From assembly GCA_017849575.1 (NCBI GenBank), contig JAFIGV010000023.1:1-37306 (forward strand): DNA of 37,306 nt. The letters run 5' to 3'. The DNA is from Flavipsychrobacter sp. GTDB lineage: Bacteria; Bacteroidota; Bacteroidia; Chitinophagales; Chitinophagaceae. Position 1 is the first letter of the stretch. The number at the start of each line of letters is the position of its first letter. This document shows, in pieces, positions 27,043-37,188 of the stretch. A program made the position numbers and the translations under genes. Below the pieces are notes generated by a model. It was given only the letters and a program-made list of their open reading frames with translations. It was not told the origin of the DNA and made no database searches.

Positions 27043-30000
27043 TTAGTTCTTTGTCACCCTGATTATTTGACTGTAGCTGGCATCGTGGTATTCTACCAGA
27101 TACACACCCTGAGCCAGACCATTCATATCAATCTGTTTTTGGTTTTGCTCCATGGTAAAGCTGCGCAATACTTTGCCGGTAATATCGGTGATGCGAACCG
27201 TTGCATCTTTATCTGGTGTGCCGGTGATCTTTACGGTCAACGTTTCCTTCACCGGATTAGGATAGGCCTGCACAAAGATCGATCCCTGTGCCACTACAGC
27301 ACTCACCGTGCGGGAGTAAGTGTAATGCCCCGAGGCATCTACCATTTTCAATCGGTAGTAGTTGATGCCGGTAACTGGTTTTTCGTCCCAATAACTATAG
27401 GCAGAAGATTGACCTTTTGCCGAAATATCGGCGAGCTTGACAAAGTGACCATCCACGCTTCTTTCCAGTTCAAAATGATCCATGTCGCGCTCGCTGCCTG
27501 TAGTCCAGTCAATGCGATTGCGCTGGTCAACATTGGTAGCGGTTAGCTTCAGCAAGTCAGCAGAAAGCGGCGTACCCGTGATCGAGATATCGTCAAGAGA
27601 AATATCTCCGCCGAAGCTTGTGCCCCGTGTGCCTGTAAACTTGATAAAGACAGAACTGTTGTAACCGGTCAGAGGAATGGTTTTCTGCATCCATGCGCCT
27701 GCTTGTGTGGTTTGTTGCTGACCGATCAGGCTATCAATCACTGTCCATGTAGTACCATTGGCAGATGCGCTGATGTGCAGACTTACGATATCCGGACCAA
27801 ACATATGATACCAGAAGTCGAGTTGAGGATTCGCCAGCGTGGACACATCAACAAATGGTGTGGTCAGTTCGGCGGTATTACCCGACGATCCATAAGACGC
27901 CTCGGTGTAGAAAAAATGTGTGCCGCTATGGGCTGTAAGTGGTCCTGTGCCCGAAGATGGGGTTGTGCCAGACGCGCTTACCCACCAGGAGTATGTAGTT
28001 GACGGAGTAGGACTAGCGGCCCAACATTCTGCAAGGGCTCCGGTTCCGCTGTTCGCCGGCTGTGTTTCTACATTATAAGTCCAGGGCGCTGTCGTTATGG
28101 TCGTCATTGCTACTACATTGGAGGTATCGCTGCCTCCGCTGAAAGAGCAGGTGACGTACATACGGTAGTCTGTTGCAGAAGTAATACCAAGTGTCTCGGT
28201 GTAAGTTGTACCCGTAGCACCGAAAATATTGGTCCACGTGTTGGCACCGGCCGGAGAAGATTGCCATTGGTAGGCAATTCCATTTCCGTAGGAGAAGGCG
28301 GTATCAACAAGGGTAAACGCCAATCCGGAACATGCAGTGGACGGACCGTAGGCCGTACCCGCAGCAGGTGTGCCCGTGCAGGGAAGCAATACGGGAACAT
28401 TGAAAGTGTAATCTTCCCACTCGGCATAGGCATTGTTGCTGGAACTACAGTAATCTGCAGAGGGGTTTGAATTCAGATAGTTGGATACAATCCTCATTCT
28501 GGTATTGCCTGAAATGGCTGTCACCGGTACGGTAAAGCTGCCAGACAGCGGAGAGGCCATATAAGAAGTTGTATTGTACACCAGGTCTCCGGGTTCGGCA
28601 AATGAACCATCCTGACCCCAGTCTACCCAAATGGCGAAACCATTTGTACCCGATATGAAGTTAGTGCTGAAGTTGATGGCCGTGGATGGGTTAGCAGAAA
28701 CGATCTGGCTGGTGAAATTGCCATATCCTCCTGTTGATAAGCCGGTACCCGAGTTGTTGATGTTGAGCAGAGCTCCGGTGGTAGAAAATGCATCTATACC
28801 ATAAAGGGTAGAGGTGCTCACCGGGATGCAGTAACACTGTGCTGCCGGATAGATGCCGGATACTGAAACTATGTTTGACGTACTGGTCTGGCTCGAATTG
28901 GCGCAGGTCACCACCAAACGATAGTCTGTTGGCGCAGTGATACCACCGCTCACGATGTAGATCGGATTGGTTGCACCTGAGATTGGCGCCCATGTGTTGG
29001 CGTTGTAAGCGGAAGACTCCCATTGATACGTGATGCCTGCAGCAACCGTGGCAGCGGTGTCGGTAAGCGTAAACGTTACATTGGCGCACACGCTGTCGGG
29101 CCCAAATGCCGTGCCCGCAGATGGTGTTCCGGTACAGGCACTTGTTAACTGAATGTCGATGAGATAATCTTCTGTTTCGCCCCAGCTATAGGTGCCGCAG
29201 GGGTTCACGCCTGTACTGCTGCTGGTTTCTACATTCACCACACGCATGCCGGTAAGGCCCGGAAGCGCAGAGATCGGAATGGTAATACTTCCGGATTCTG
29301 TGTGCGGTCCTGTGGTCGATGAAGGAGAAGAATATACCTCTTCATTGGGTCCGGTAAAGGTGCCATCCTGGTCGTAGTCAATGAAGATTTTGGTCCAGTT
29401 GCCGTAGTTGCCGCCACAGGTACCTATCTGCACCGAGAAACCTACGGAAGCGCCCTGCATAACTTGTGGCGCTGGAACGGACGTATAATTAGAATACTGG
29501 TTGATAACACTTCCTGCACCCGGAGCAGTAGTGCTGCAGGTGGAGCTGTTGTTGAGCGAACCAAAGGTCACGTTCAGTATTTCTTCATCGCCGCTGCTTG
29601 TAGCAGTTGAAGTGCAATAGCAGTTGTAGAAAGTATTGACTGTAATGGTAACCACATTAGAATAATCGAAGCTACCGCCGTTGCTACAGGTTACCACCAG
29701 TCTGTAGTCGGTAGCAGCGGTGATGCCCGCTGTAACCGTATAAACAGGATTTGTGGCACCACTAATTGCAGTGAAGCTACCCGCTCCAGAAGGGGATTCT
29801 TCCCATTGATAGGAGATTCCGATTCCGGTGGTAAAGGCGGTGTCTGTGAGGGTGAATGCTGCGTTAGGACAGGCAGAATTTCCGGTAGGGCCGTAAGCTG
29901 TGCCCGCGACAGGCGTGCCCGTGCATGCGCTCGTCATTAAAATGTTTACCAGATAATCTTCAGCTTCACCATAGCTCGAGCTGCTGGCACCGCATGCCTG

Positions 30001-33000
30001 AGTGGAGTTAGGCTGGCTGTCGTCACCACCACGAATACGCATTCTCGTAAGTCCCGGTGTTGCAGAAATTGGTACTACGATCGGGATAATAGCCGTACCG
30101 TTTCCTCCTGCATTGGTGCCCAGGGAGAAGGACTCGGAAGTATCAAATGTTCCGCTCTGATCCCAATCGAACCATACCCGGCTATATTGGTTTCCGTCAC
30201 TACCAAAGGAAACGGTAACATTGTAGGATACGCCTTGTGTGAGATCCGGAATGGCAAGTGTGCCCGGTTGTTGTGAGGTATAATCCTGATAATAAGGTAC
30301 CGGATTGCCGGCTGATGCAGTATTGTTGCTCAGCGTGCCTAACTGCACATTTGTGATATTATCAGTAGATCCTCCTGACGCGTAGGTCGGCACACAGTAA
30401 CACAGGAGGAATGGGTTCATGTTTAGGGTTACCACATTCGAAATATCGAAGCTTCCACCATTGTTACAGGTCACTACGGCACGATAGTCTGTAGCCGAGG
30501 TAATACCTGCTGTTTCCGTGTAAGTTGAGGAAGTGGCGTTGGTCAACTGCGTCCAGGTGCCTGCGCCTGCAGGTGAGGACTCCCATTGGATGGAAATGCC
30601 ATTGCCAATTGTAAATCCGCTAAGCGTCAGGCTGAAGCTTTGGTTGGCACAGGCGCCCGAAGGACCACTTGCCGTGCCCGCTGTGGGCGTACCGGAGCAA
30701 AGCGGTACAGAAAACTCGATAGCCCCCATGTCTGGTGTAGTTAGGTTTCGGGTCGCTCCATTAAGGTCGGTGGTGACACCAACCGGCGTGCCGAGGTCAT
30801 CCATCAGGGAATTGGATGGAGTAAAATCTCCGGCAGCGCTGTTTACAAACATCGGATTGAGTGCAAGACTGTGCTGGTCGTACGCACCGCTATTTGCCGT
30901 TTGCCAGGCAGCGAGAGTCGCGAAGGCACCGGAATAATATCCGATATTGTTAGTGCCCGTAGTCGAAGCCATATACAGGTTGTTGTAATCAGATGTTTTA
31001 CCGGCACCTGAGAAATACAGACAGTATTTTGTGCCCGTACCACCACGCGTCACTGAAACAATGTTGTTCTTTATATCAACACCTGCCGTGCCCGAAGAGT
31101 AGATTCCATACACCGTTCCGGACAGAGCTGAAGCATTATCAATGGAGACCGTGTTGTGGTAGGCCTTGAGGTAGGTTCCGCCGGAGAAATACAAGCCATA
31201 CGCAAGTCCGGTATGGTTGGTGTTGTAAATGAGATTGTTGATGATCTTGTTCTCATTGTTCAGCGAAGCAGCTGCAGTAACATAGATAATGTAGGCTGAA
31301 AGGCTTGAATTAGCTGTGGCACCGGAGAAGCTTCTCAGGGTGTTTCCATCTACTGTCATGTTGTTACAACCTGTTGAAAGATAGATTCCGTAAAATGTAG
31401 AAACGGAAGTACGTGTAGGTCTTTCAACGATGTTGTGCGCAATGCTGGCTCCGGTTTGATAATAATTGTAGATACCATACACATAAAAGTTCTGCACCGT
31501 ACAGTTAATGATGGAGTTGTTAGCATTGCCGGTGTTGGAGGCTCCATAGAGATAAAATCCAAAATATCCTCCGCTTACAGTACAGTTGCTAAACGTATTG
31601 TTACTTCCATTGGCTCCCGAAGAAGAATAAGAACTTGTGGAGTTGCTCATGCTCACCGCGCCGCTTGTTGTAGCTGTGGCGTTGGCGTTTGCAGAGATGG
31701 TACAACTGTCAAACGTGTTGTAATCGGCGCCACCCATCAGGTGTACCGCAAAGCCATAGGTTCCACCCTGAGCCTGAATGTTCAGGTTTTTAAACGTGAA
31801 ATAATCCGCACCATTTAGATTGAGCGTTGCATAGTTGCTGCCCGATGCGGTGATGCTATAAGCCAGTGTTGCGCCATTACCGTTGAAGGTAACGGTATTG
31901 GTGGACGAGGTACCGGAAATCACGGGTATGTTGATCTGCTCATTGTAGGTACCTGTAGTGACGTTGAACACCACAGGTCCGGCAATGCCGCATTTTATAG
32001 CCGCAACCGCGTCGGTAAAGTTCTGGAAGTTAGTGCCACCCGTTGGGGTTCCTGCATCGATAGTATAGGTGCCTCCTGCAAGTGCTCCTGCAGGCGTCAC
32101 CGTAAGTGTAGAAGAATAGCCCGTAGTGGACGTGTTGGTGCAGGTAATGGCGAGACGAAAATCTGTGGCTACCACTACACCGCCACTTACGTTGTAGGTA
32201 GCATTTGTTGCATTGGCAATCGGCGTCCATACACCTGCGCCCGAGGTTGTGCTTTCCCATTGGTAGGTTTGACCTACACTGGAGGATGCGCCGCTCGTTG
32301 AAAGAACGAACGCTGTGCTGGGGCACACAATGCCGGGTGTCATTACAGTCGTTCCTCCTGCCGGCGTTCCGGAGCATACGTCATTGATGCTTACACCCAT
32401 CACATTGAGTCTGCCGCTGGCTGAAGTACGGGTGATGGTGATACTCGAAATGGCGTTGTTCCAGTTCGACGCGCTTACCGTCAGCTTCACATCGTAAAGA
32501 CGGGGATTGGAAGCGTCGGTGCTGATAGCATTTGTAGCCCGTGCTGCGCGTCCCAGTCCGAATATGGCATAGCCGCTTCCGTTGTACCAGTCGCCGATGC
32601 TCACACCGGTAATGGTTTGTGAAGGTGCCGATACAAAGTTGATGGTAACATCTACAGTGGCGGGCCCATTGCCTGCAGAGGCGAGCAGATAGATTTCACC
32701 CGCTGTCACCGGAGTGCCGAACACGAGCGTGCCCGATCCGTTAGTCGTGTTGATCTGAAGAGCATTGCTGGAATCAAAATTGGCCATCTGGTAGCTCAGG
32801 CCTGCATTGCTGGCGCTCATCAGCAGTCCGCTGGCGGGTAATCCGCTGGTAGCCGTAGTGGTACCATTGTTAAAGCCGGCCGTCATCAGCACATACTCAT
32901 TCGCGTCATTGTCAAAGGGAGCATTGGTAACGATGTTTACCGCCCCGGTGCCGTTAGCCACCACATCTACATTGTAACCGCTGGTAATGGTAACGGGTGT

Positions 33001-33096
33001 GTACGTAGCTTTTGCATCGCCCAAACCCAGTACATTGAAAAGCATCAATGCCACCAAAGCCCGAACGGATGAAAGAACGTAGAAGTTTCTTTTCAT
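27043..33096 (-). CDS. Giant multi-domain T9SS cargo protein (2017 aa): signal, Ig-like module, right-handed beta-helix, three [Ig-like plus GEVED-type] units, fifth Ig-like module, MAM domain, conserved 90-aa domain, type-A CTD
   Basis: It has a signal peptide. PbH1-like repeats (NNTFSNCTVSGGYFGFYLYG.. and NNSIINCTVQNFYVYGIYNYY..) mark the beta-helix. About five repeats of roughly 95 aa begin C(S/T)GTPxAGTA. Three repeats of roughly 150 aa end YGEAEDY, WGETEDY or AEWEDY (GEVED-like). The MAM signature is DFWYHMFG..GDISLDDISIT. The CTD runs AYPNPVKETLTVKI...GVYLVEYHD..IRVTKN. Confidence 0.9.
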   Translation of the reverse strand: MKRNFYVLSSVRALVALMLFNVLGLGDAKATYTPVTITSGYNVDVVANGTGAVNIVTNAPFDNDANEYVLMTAGFNNGTTTATSGLPASGLLMSASNAGLSYQMANFDSSNALQINTTNGSGTLVFGTPVTAGEIYLLASAGNGPATVDVTINFVSAPSQTITGVSIGDWYNGSGYAIFGLGRAARATNAISTDASNPRLYDVKLTVSASNWNNAISSITITRTSASGRLNVMGVSINDVCSGTPAGGTTVMTPGIVCPSTAFVLSTSGASSSVGQTYQWESTTSGAGVWTPIANATNATYNVSGGVVVATDFRLAITCTNTSTTGYSSTLTVTPAGALAGGTYTIDAGTPTGGTNFQNFTDAVAAIKCGIAGPVVFNVTTGTYNEQINIPVISGTSSTNTVTFNGNGATLAYSITASGSNYATLNLNGADYFTFKNLNIQAQGGTYGFAVHLMGGADYNTFDSCTISANANATATTSGAVSMSNSTSSYSSSGANGSNNTFSNCTVSGGYFGFYLYGASNTGNANNSIINCTVQNFYVYGIYNYYQTGASIAHNIVERPTRTSVSTFYGIYLSTGCNNMTVDGNTLRSFSGATANSSLSAYIIYVTAAASLNNENKIINNLIYNTNHTGLAYGLYFSGGTYLKAYHNTVSIDNASALSGTVYGIYSSGTAGVDIKNNIVSVTRGGTGTKYCLYFSGAGKTSDYNNLYMASTTGTNNIGYYSGAFATLAAWQTANSGAYDQHSLALNPMFVNSAAGDFTPSNSLMDDLGTPVGVTTDLNGATRNLTTPDMGAIEFSVPLCSGTPTAGTASGPSGACANQSFSLTLSGFTIGNGISIQWESSPAGAGTWTQLTNATSSTYTETAGITSATDYRAVVTCNNGGSFDISNVVTLNMNPFLLCYCVPTYASGGSTDNITNVQLGTLSNNTASAGNPVPYYQDYTSQQPGTLAIPDLTQGVSYNVTVSFGSDGNQYSRVWFDWDQSGTFDTSESFSLGTNAGGNGTAIIPIVVPISATPGLTRMRIRGGDDSQPNSTQACGASSSSYGEAEDYLVNILMTSACTGTPVAGTAYGPTGNSACPNAAFTLTDTAFTTGIGISYQWEESPSGAGSFTAISGATNPVYTVTAGITAATDYRLVVTCSNGGSFDYSNVVTITVNTFYNCYCTSTATSSGDEEILNVTFGSLNNSSTCSTTAPGAGSVINQYSNYTSVPAPQVMQGASVGFSVQIGTCGGNYGNWTKIFIDYDQDGTFTGPNEEVYSSPSSTTGPHTESGSITIPISALPGLTGMRVVNVETSSSTGVNPCGTYSWGETEDYLIDIQLTSACTGTPSAGTAFGPDSVCANVTFTLTDTAATVAAGITYQWESSAYNANTWAPISGATNPIYIVSGGITAPTDYRLVVTCANSSQTSTSNIVSVSGIYPAAQCYCIPVSTSTLYGIDAFSTTGALLNINNSGTGLSTGGYGNFTSQIVSANPSTAINFSTNFISGTNGFAIWVDWGQDGSFAEPGDLVYNTTSYMASPLSGSFTVPVTAISGNTRMRIVSNYLNSNPSADYCSSSNNAYAEWEDYTFNVPVLLPCTGTPAAGTAYGPSTACSGLAFTLVDTAFSYGNGIAYQWQSSPAGANTWTNIFGATGTTYTETLGITSATDYRMYVTCSFSGGSDTSNVVAMTTITTAPWTYNVETQPANSGTGALAECWAASPTPSTTYSWWVSASGTTPSSGTGPLTAHSGTHFFYTEASYGSSGNTAELTTPFVDVSTLANPQLDFWYHMFGPDIVSLHISASANGTTWTVIDSLIGQQQTTQAGAWMQKTIPLTGYNSSVFIKFTGTRGTSFGGDISLDDISITGTPLSADLLKLTATNVDQRNRIDWTTGSERDMDHFELERSVDGHFVKLADISAKGQSSAYSYWDEKPVTGINYYRLKMVDASGHYTYSRTVSAVVAQGSIFVQAYPNPVKETLTVKITGTPDKDATVRITDITGKVLRSFTMEQNQKQIDMNGLAQGVYLVEYHDASYSQIIRVTKN

Positions 33097-33568
33097 TGGT
33101 TCTAGATTTATGATTCGCCTACTCTTTGAAGGATTTTCAGCTTCCTCCTGTTTTCATGAGTAATGGGGGGCTTCAGAGCAAAGGCCGGGTAGATAGCCTT
33201 AAGTAACAGGTATGGTGATTGGGGCTGCAAAACTAAAAAAAATTTGGTGGTTATCAGCCGGAAACTTCTATATCGGGGTGAAACACAATATGTCGATTTT
33301 TTTGGAATTGTGATTTGAAGACTATTAATTTTGCGGACGATATACATCTTGTATGATGTCATGTTCTATCATATCGCCCTTGGTACCCGAGCTTAACGGC
33401 CAGGTGAAAACATCAATAGTTTCTTTTGCGTATTTTATTAAAGAAAACATGGTGAACCACCGGTTTATGGTACATCCTCCCGATATCCGCAGTCTGGCTT
33501 AAAAGGTAACGCCTCTGCGCGTAACCCGGATTCTTATTTCATTTCACATACAAAATCAACCAACCAAA

Positions 33569-35497
33569 ATGAACATTTCAACCTTTATCGCCACCTGGTG
33601 GTGGGTACTCGTCTTGCTGCTTGCAGTATTATTCAACAAACTGATTCTTCGCTTCCTTTTCGGAATGGTGATCGTGCCAGAAGATAGAATTGGACTCGTG
33701 ACCAAAAAATTTGTACTCTTCGGAGCCAACCGGGAATTACCCGACGGAAGAATAGTGGCCACTCAGGGAGAAGCCGGATTTCAGGCCGATGCGCTTGCAC
33801 CCGGACTATACTGGAGTCGCTGGCCCTGGCAATATTCTGTACAGATGATTCCCTTTACCGTCATCCCCGAAGGAAAGATCGGACTGGTACTTTCAAAGGA
33901 CGGTGCAGAGATTCCTACCGGCCGCATTCTTGCCCGAAAGGTAGAGTGCGACAACTTTCAGGATGCAGTAAAGTTTTTGCAGAACGGTGGTCAGCGCGGC
34001 CGGCAAACCTCTTTTATCACTGCCGGTTCATACCGTATCAACAGCTATCTTTTTGAGGTTACCATCGTGGACCAGGCTATCATTAATGAAAACAGAGTGG
34101 GCGTGGTAACCACACTCGATGGTGAGCCCTTGCCGGTAGATAGCATTGCCGGCCGACATATAGATGGACACAACAACTTTCAGGATATCGATACCTTCCT
34201 GGCCCATGGTGGTAACCGTGGCTTGCAGCCTCAGGTTATTCTTGCCGGTTCTTACTACATCAATCCCTGGGCGGTGCAGATAGAAGAACGCCTCATGACG
34301 GAGGTGCCCATTGGTCATGTGGGTGTAGTCATTTCATATATCGGTGAAGACGGTAAAGATCTTACCGGCGAAACCTTCAGGCATGGCAACATCGTGTCGA
34401 AGGGATACCGCGGAGTATGGATGGAAGCACTGGGGCCGGGTAAATACCCCATCAACATATATACTATGAAAGTGGAACTGGTGCCCACAACCAACCTTGT
34501 ACTGAACTGGGCCAACGCAAGAAGTGAAGCACATGCTCTCGATAAGAATCTTTCGACAATCACGGTCCGCTCGCGCGATGGATTCCCGTTCAATCTCGAC
34601 GTGGCACAGATCATTCACATTCCGGCAAATGAAGCACCCAAGGTTATTGCCCGGTTTGGTAGTATGAACAATCTGGTATCTCAGGTGCTGGAGCCGACAA
34701 TCGGGAACTACTTTCGCAACTCCGCGCAAGACAGCGATGTGATTAACTTCCTTACCTCGCGAAAAGAGCGTCAGGAAGCAGCAAGAGAACACATTCGGCG
34801 GGTGCTGGAAGAGTATAATGTAAACGCTGTAGATACCTTGATCGGAGATATCGTTCCCCCCGAAGCTTTGATGAAAACGCTTACCGACCGTAAGATTGCT
34901 CAGGAAGAGGAAAAGACCTATGAAACCCAACGAATGGCGCAGGAAAAGCGCCAGGGCGTGGAGCGCGAAACGGCTATTGCGGATATGCAAAAGGACATTG
35001 TGAAGGCACAACAGTCTGTGGAAATTGCACAACGCACCGCAGACGCAACTGTAAAAAAGGCAGAAGGGGACGCCACCAGCCTCAAACTGCAGGTAAACGC
35101 AGAAGCCGAAGCAACTAAACTGAGAGCCAACGCTGAGGCAGAAGCTACAAAGCTCAGGGCGGGGGCTCAGGCGGAGTCCACCAAGCTCAATGCATCTGCC
35201 GAAGCAGAAAAAATTGAAAAGACCGGTAAGGCTGAGGCGGAAAAAATCCTGGCCATCGGTAAATCTACGGCCGAAGCCTACGAATTGCAGGTACGGGCTA
35301 TGGGCGGCGATAACTTTACGCGCTTCAAGATCACGGAGGAAATCGGTAAGAATGCGATCAAAGTTATTCCGGAGATCATTATCAACGGCGGTGCCGGTAC
35401 AGACGGGTCCATGAACGGACTACTGGGACTGAAACTGATGGAGATGATGGATGCTGACAAAAAGTTGATCAAGCCTGCAGAGGATGCAGCAGAATAA
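33569..35497 (+). CDS. Flotillin-like SPFH (band-7) domain membrane protein (YqiK/FloA type)
   Basis: It has an N-terminal TM helix, an SPFH domain, and a long EA-rich coiled coil (..AEAEATKLRANAEAEATKLRAGAQAESTKL..) typical of flotillins. Confidence 0.88.
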   Translation: MNISTFIATWWWVLVLLLAVLFNKLILRFLFGMVIVPEDRIGLVTKKFVLFGANRELPDGRIVATQGEAGFQADALAPGLYWSRWPWQYSVQMIPFTVIPEGKIGLVLSKDGAEIPTGRILARKVECDNFQDAVKFLQNGGQRGRQTSFITAGSYRINSYLFEVTIVDQAIINENRVGVVTTLDGEPLPVDSIAGRHIDGHNNFQDIDTFLAHGGNRGLQPQVILAGSYYINPWAVQIEERLMTEVPIGHVGVVISYIGEDGKDLTGETFRHGNIVSKGYRGVWMEALGPGKYPINIYTMKVELVPTTNLVLNWANARSEAHALDKNLSTITVRSRDGFPFNLDVAQIIHIPANEAPKVIARFGSMNNLVSQVLEPTIGNYFRNSAQDSDVINFLTSRKERQEAAREHIRRVLEEYNVNAVDTLIGDIVPPEALMKTLTDRKIAQEEEKTYETQRMAQEKRQGVERETAIADMQKDIVKAQQSVEIAQRTADATVKKAEGDATSLKLQVNAEAEATKLRANAEAEATKLRAGAQAESTKLNASAEAEKIEKTGKAEAEKILAIGKSTAEAYELQVRAMGGDNFTRFKITEEIGKNAIKVIPEIIINGGAGTDGSMNGLLGLKLMEMMDADKKLIKPAEDAAE

Positions 35498-35500
35498 AGT

Positions 35501-35528
35501 AAAAAGCCGGTGTCACAGCCGGCTTTTC
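35501..35528. terminator. Bidirectional rho-independent terminator between the flotillin and VOC genes
   Basis: The hairpin AAAAA-agccgg-tgtcacag-ccggct-TTTT is flanked by runs on both strands. Confidence 0.6.
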
Positions 35529-35621
35529 ACTATCCATCTATTTTGGAAGGCAAACGACAAAGTTTGAATGGAGACCTTTTTCTGTTTTCTGTTCATAAAC
35601 CAACTAACCCGTCGCTTTTAC

Positions 35622-36059
35622 TTATTGGGCTGCGCGATAGTTGATCATCCAGCGTATTCCAAAGCGATCGAGGCAGGTACCCCAGTAGGCGCCCCAAAAC
35701 ATATCCTGCATGGGCATGCAATGGCTGGCACCTTCCGAAAGCGCACGATACAATCTGTCGGCCTCTTCACGGCTGTCCGGCTCCAGATTGATCGTAGTAT
35801 TGTTACCGATCGTCAACTCATGGCCCATGGACTTCAGCATGTCTGTGCCCATGATTTCTACGCCACCTAAAATAGGTAGGGCCACATGCATCAGCTTGTC
35901 TTTTTCGTCGTCCTGCAGGGGCGGCATTCCCTCATGCGGAGGCACATCCCGCATCCGGAACATCGGGGCACTGTATTCTGTTCCAAACACTTTCTTGTAA
36001 AACTCAAACGCTTCGCTGGCGTTGCCCATAAAATTGAGATAGATCGATACTTTTGCCAT
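35622..36059 (-). CDS. VOC (glyoxalase/bleomycin-resistance, PhnB-like) family protein
   Basis: It is about 145 aa. The pattern MAKVSIYLNFMGNASEAFEFYKKVFG...MHVALPILGG..IMGTD is typical of PhnB/3-demethylubiquinone-methyltransferase-like VOC proteins. Confidence 0.8.
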   Translation of the reverse strand: MAKVSIYLNFMGNASEAFEFYKKVFGTEYSAPMFRMRDVPPHEGMPPLQDDEKDKLMHVALPILGGVEIMGTDMLKSMGHELTIGNNTTINLEPDSREEADRLYRALSEGASHCMPMQDMFWGAYWGTCLDRFGIRWMINYRAAQ

Positions 36060-36216
36060 GACTTAAATGTTTTTTTAGTGAATGATTGATGCGTGTAAAA
36101 ATGCAAATCTTTTTCTTTTCGTGCAGGTTCCGAAACCGTCAAAAGCAAGGATGACTTGCGCCAGTAAAGATGGCAAGCTTGCCCTGCATTCATGACATTC
36201 AGCTTCAACCTTAGTT

Positions 36217-37041
36217 ATGAAAATTATACTGATGCTGGCGCTGATGACTAGCTCCGTGCTCACCGGTGCACAGACCGTTTCAGGACGATGGGAAGGAAAC
36301 TATAACGGAGTTTTCGGTTCCATCATGAAGCCGGAAAAGCTAATTGTCGATCTTATGGTTACCGAAGACACGCTGCTGACGGGCACGAGTCATTTGTACT
36401 ATGCCAGCGGCAATTATGAACATTACCGCGTTACCGGTTATTATCACCCGTCCGATTCAATGGTGTTTTTTTCGGAGGATAGTACCATCAGTAAAAGTAT
36501 CAGTGAAACCTGCCTCGGTGATTATAACCTGAAGCTATCCGTAAAGGATAGTGTGATGCGGCTTTCCGGAAGGTGGCGGGATAATTCCAGCCAGTTTGTG
36601 CTGCTTCGCTGCCCGTCTTCAGGCGTGTGGCTTGAGCGTAAATTGCCCGTGCCGAAACCCATTCCTTCTCCAAAGCCCGACAAGAATCTTTCGCGAAAAG
36701 CACAAGTGCAAAGTCTGATTGAAGTAAGCAGCACAGAAACTGACTCCATAAAAGTGGAGCTGGTGGACAATGCTCAGATAGATAACGATGTGGTGTCGGT
36801 GTATCTCAACGATAGTCTTGTACTTTCAAAGTTGCGGCTGAAAGCGACCCCCGAGACATTTTACCTGAGCTTCCCCGCGGATGCTGCCCTTTGCCGTATT
36901 AAGCTTGCAGCAGAGAGCATGGGCTCCGTTCCTCCCTGCACAGCATTAATGATCGTTACCACCCGGCAGAAGCAATATCGTGTACTCCTGTCCAGCGATT
37001 TTGGTACCAACGCCACTCTCGAACTTTTCAGAAAAGAGTAA
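36217..37041 (+). CDS. Hypothetical secreted protein (274 aa)
   Basis: It has a signal peptide MKIILMLALMTSSVLTGAQ and no recognised domains. Confidence 0.55.
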   Translation: MKIILMLALMTSSVLTGAQTVSGRWEGNYNGVFGSIMKPEKLIVDLMVTEDTLLTGTSHLYYASGNYEHYRVTGYYHPSDSMVFFSEDSTISKSISETCLGDYNLKLSVKDSVMRLSGRWRDNSSQFVLLRCPSSGVWLERKLPVPKPIPSPKPDKNLSRKAQVQSLIEVSSTETDSIKVELVDNAQIDNDVVSVYLNDSLVLSKLRLKATPETFYLSFPADAALCRIKLAAESMGSVPPCTALMIVTTRQKQYRVLLSSDFGTNATLELFRKE

Positions 37042-37147
37042 TTACTATTCATTTCCGTTTGTTGTGCGTTTGTTAACCGCCTGCAAAGGCTGCGTTAACG
37101 AGCTCGCTTTGTTTGCACAGCCTTGTGCACGGTTTCATCTTTGCATC

Positions 37148-37188
37148 ATCAAACAACAAAACAACAAACACAAACAAAACAAACAGTC
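37148..37188 (+). promoter_or_regulatory. A/C-only low-complexity 5' leader (about 35 nt, CAAA/CAAC repeats) directly upstream of a start codon
   Basis: The run aaacaacaaaacaacaaacacaaacaaaacaaaca has no G or T. It ends 3 nt before the ATG at 37189 and has no SD sequence. Confidence 0.35.

Noticed and set aside
27043-33096. Intragenic nucleotide-level tandem repeats in the giant gene
   Set aside because: The repeats are clear at the protein level but diverged at the DNA level. They are not called as DNA repeat features.
33108-33362. 84-aa minus-strand ORF in the 470-bp intergenic region upstream of the giant gene
   Set aside because: It has no start context, its composition is promoter-like AT-rich DNA, and it has no homology.
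34334-35032. 232-aa minus-strand ORF
   Set aside because: It is antisense to the flotillin gene, within the repetitive EA-rich coiled-coil region.
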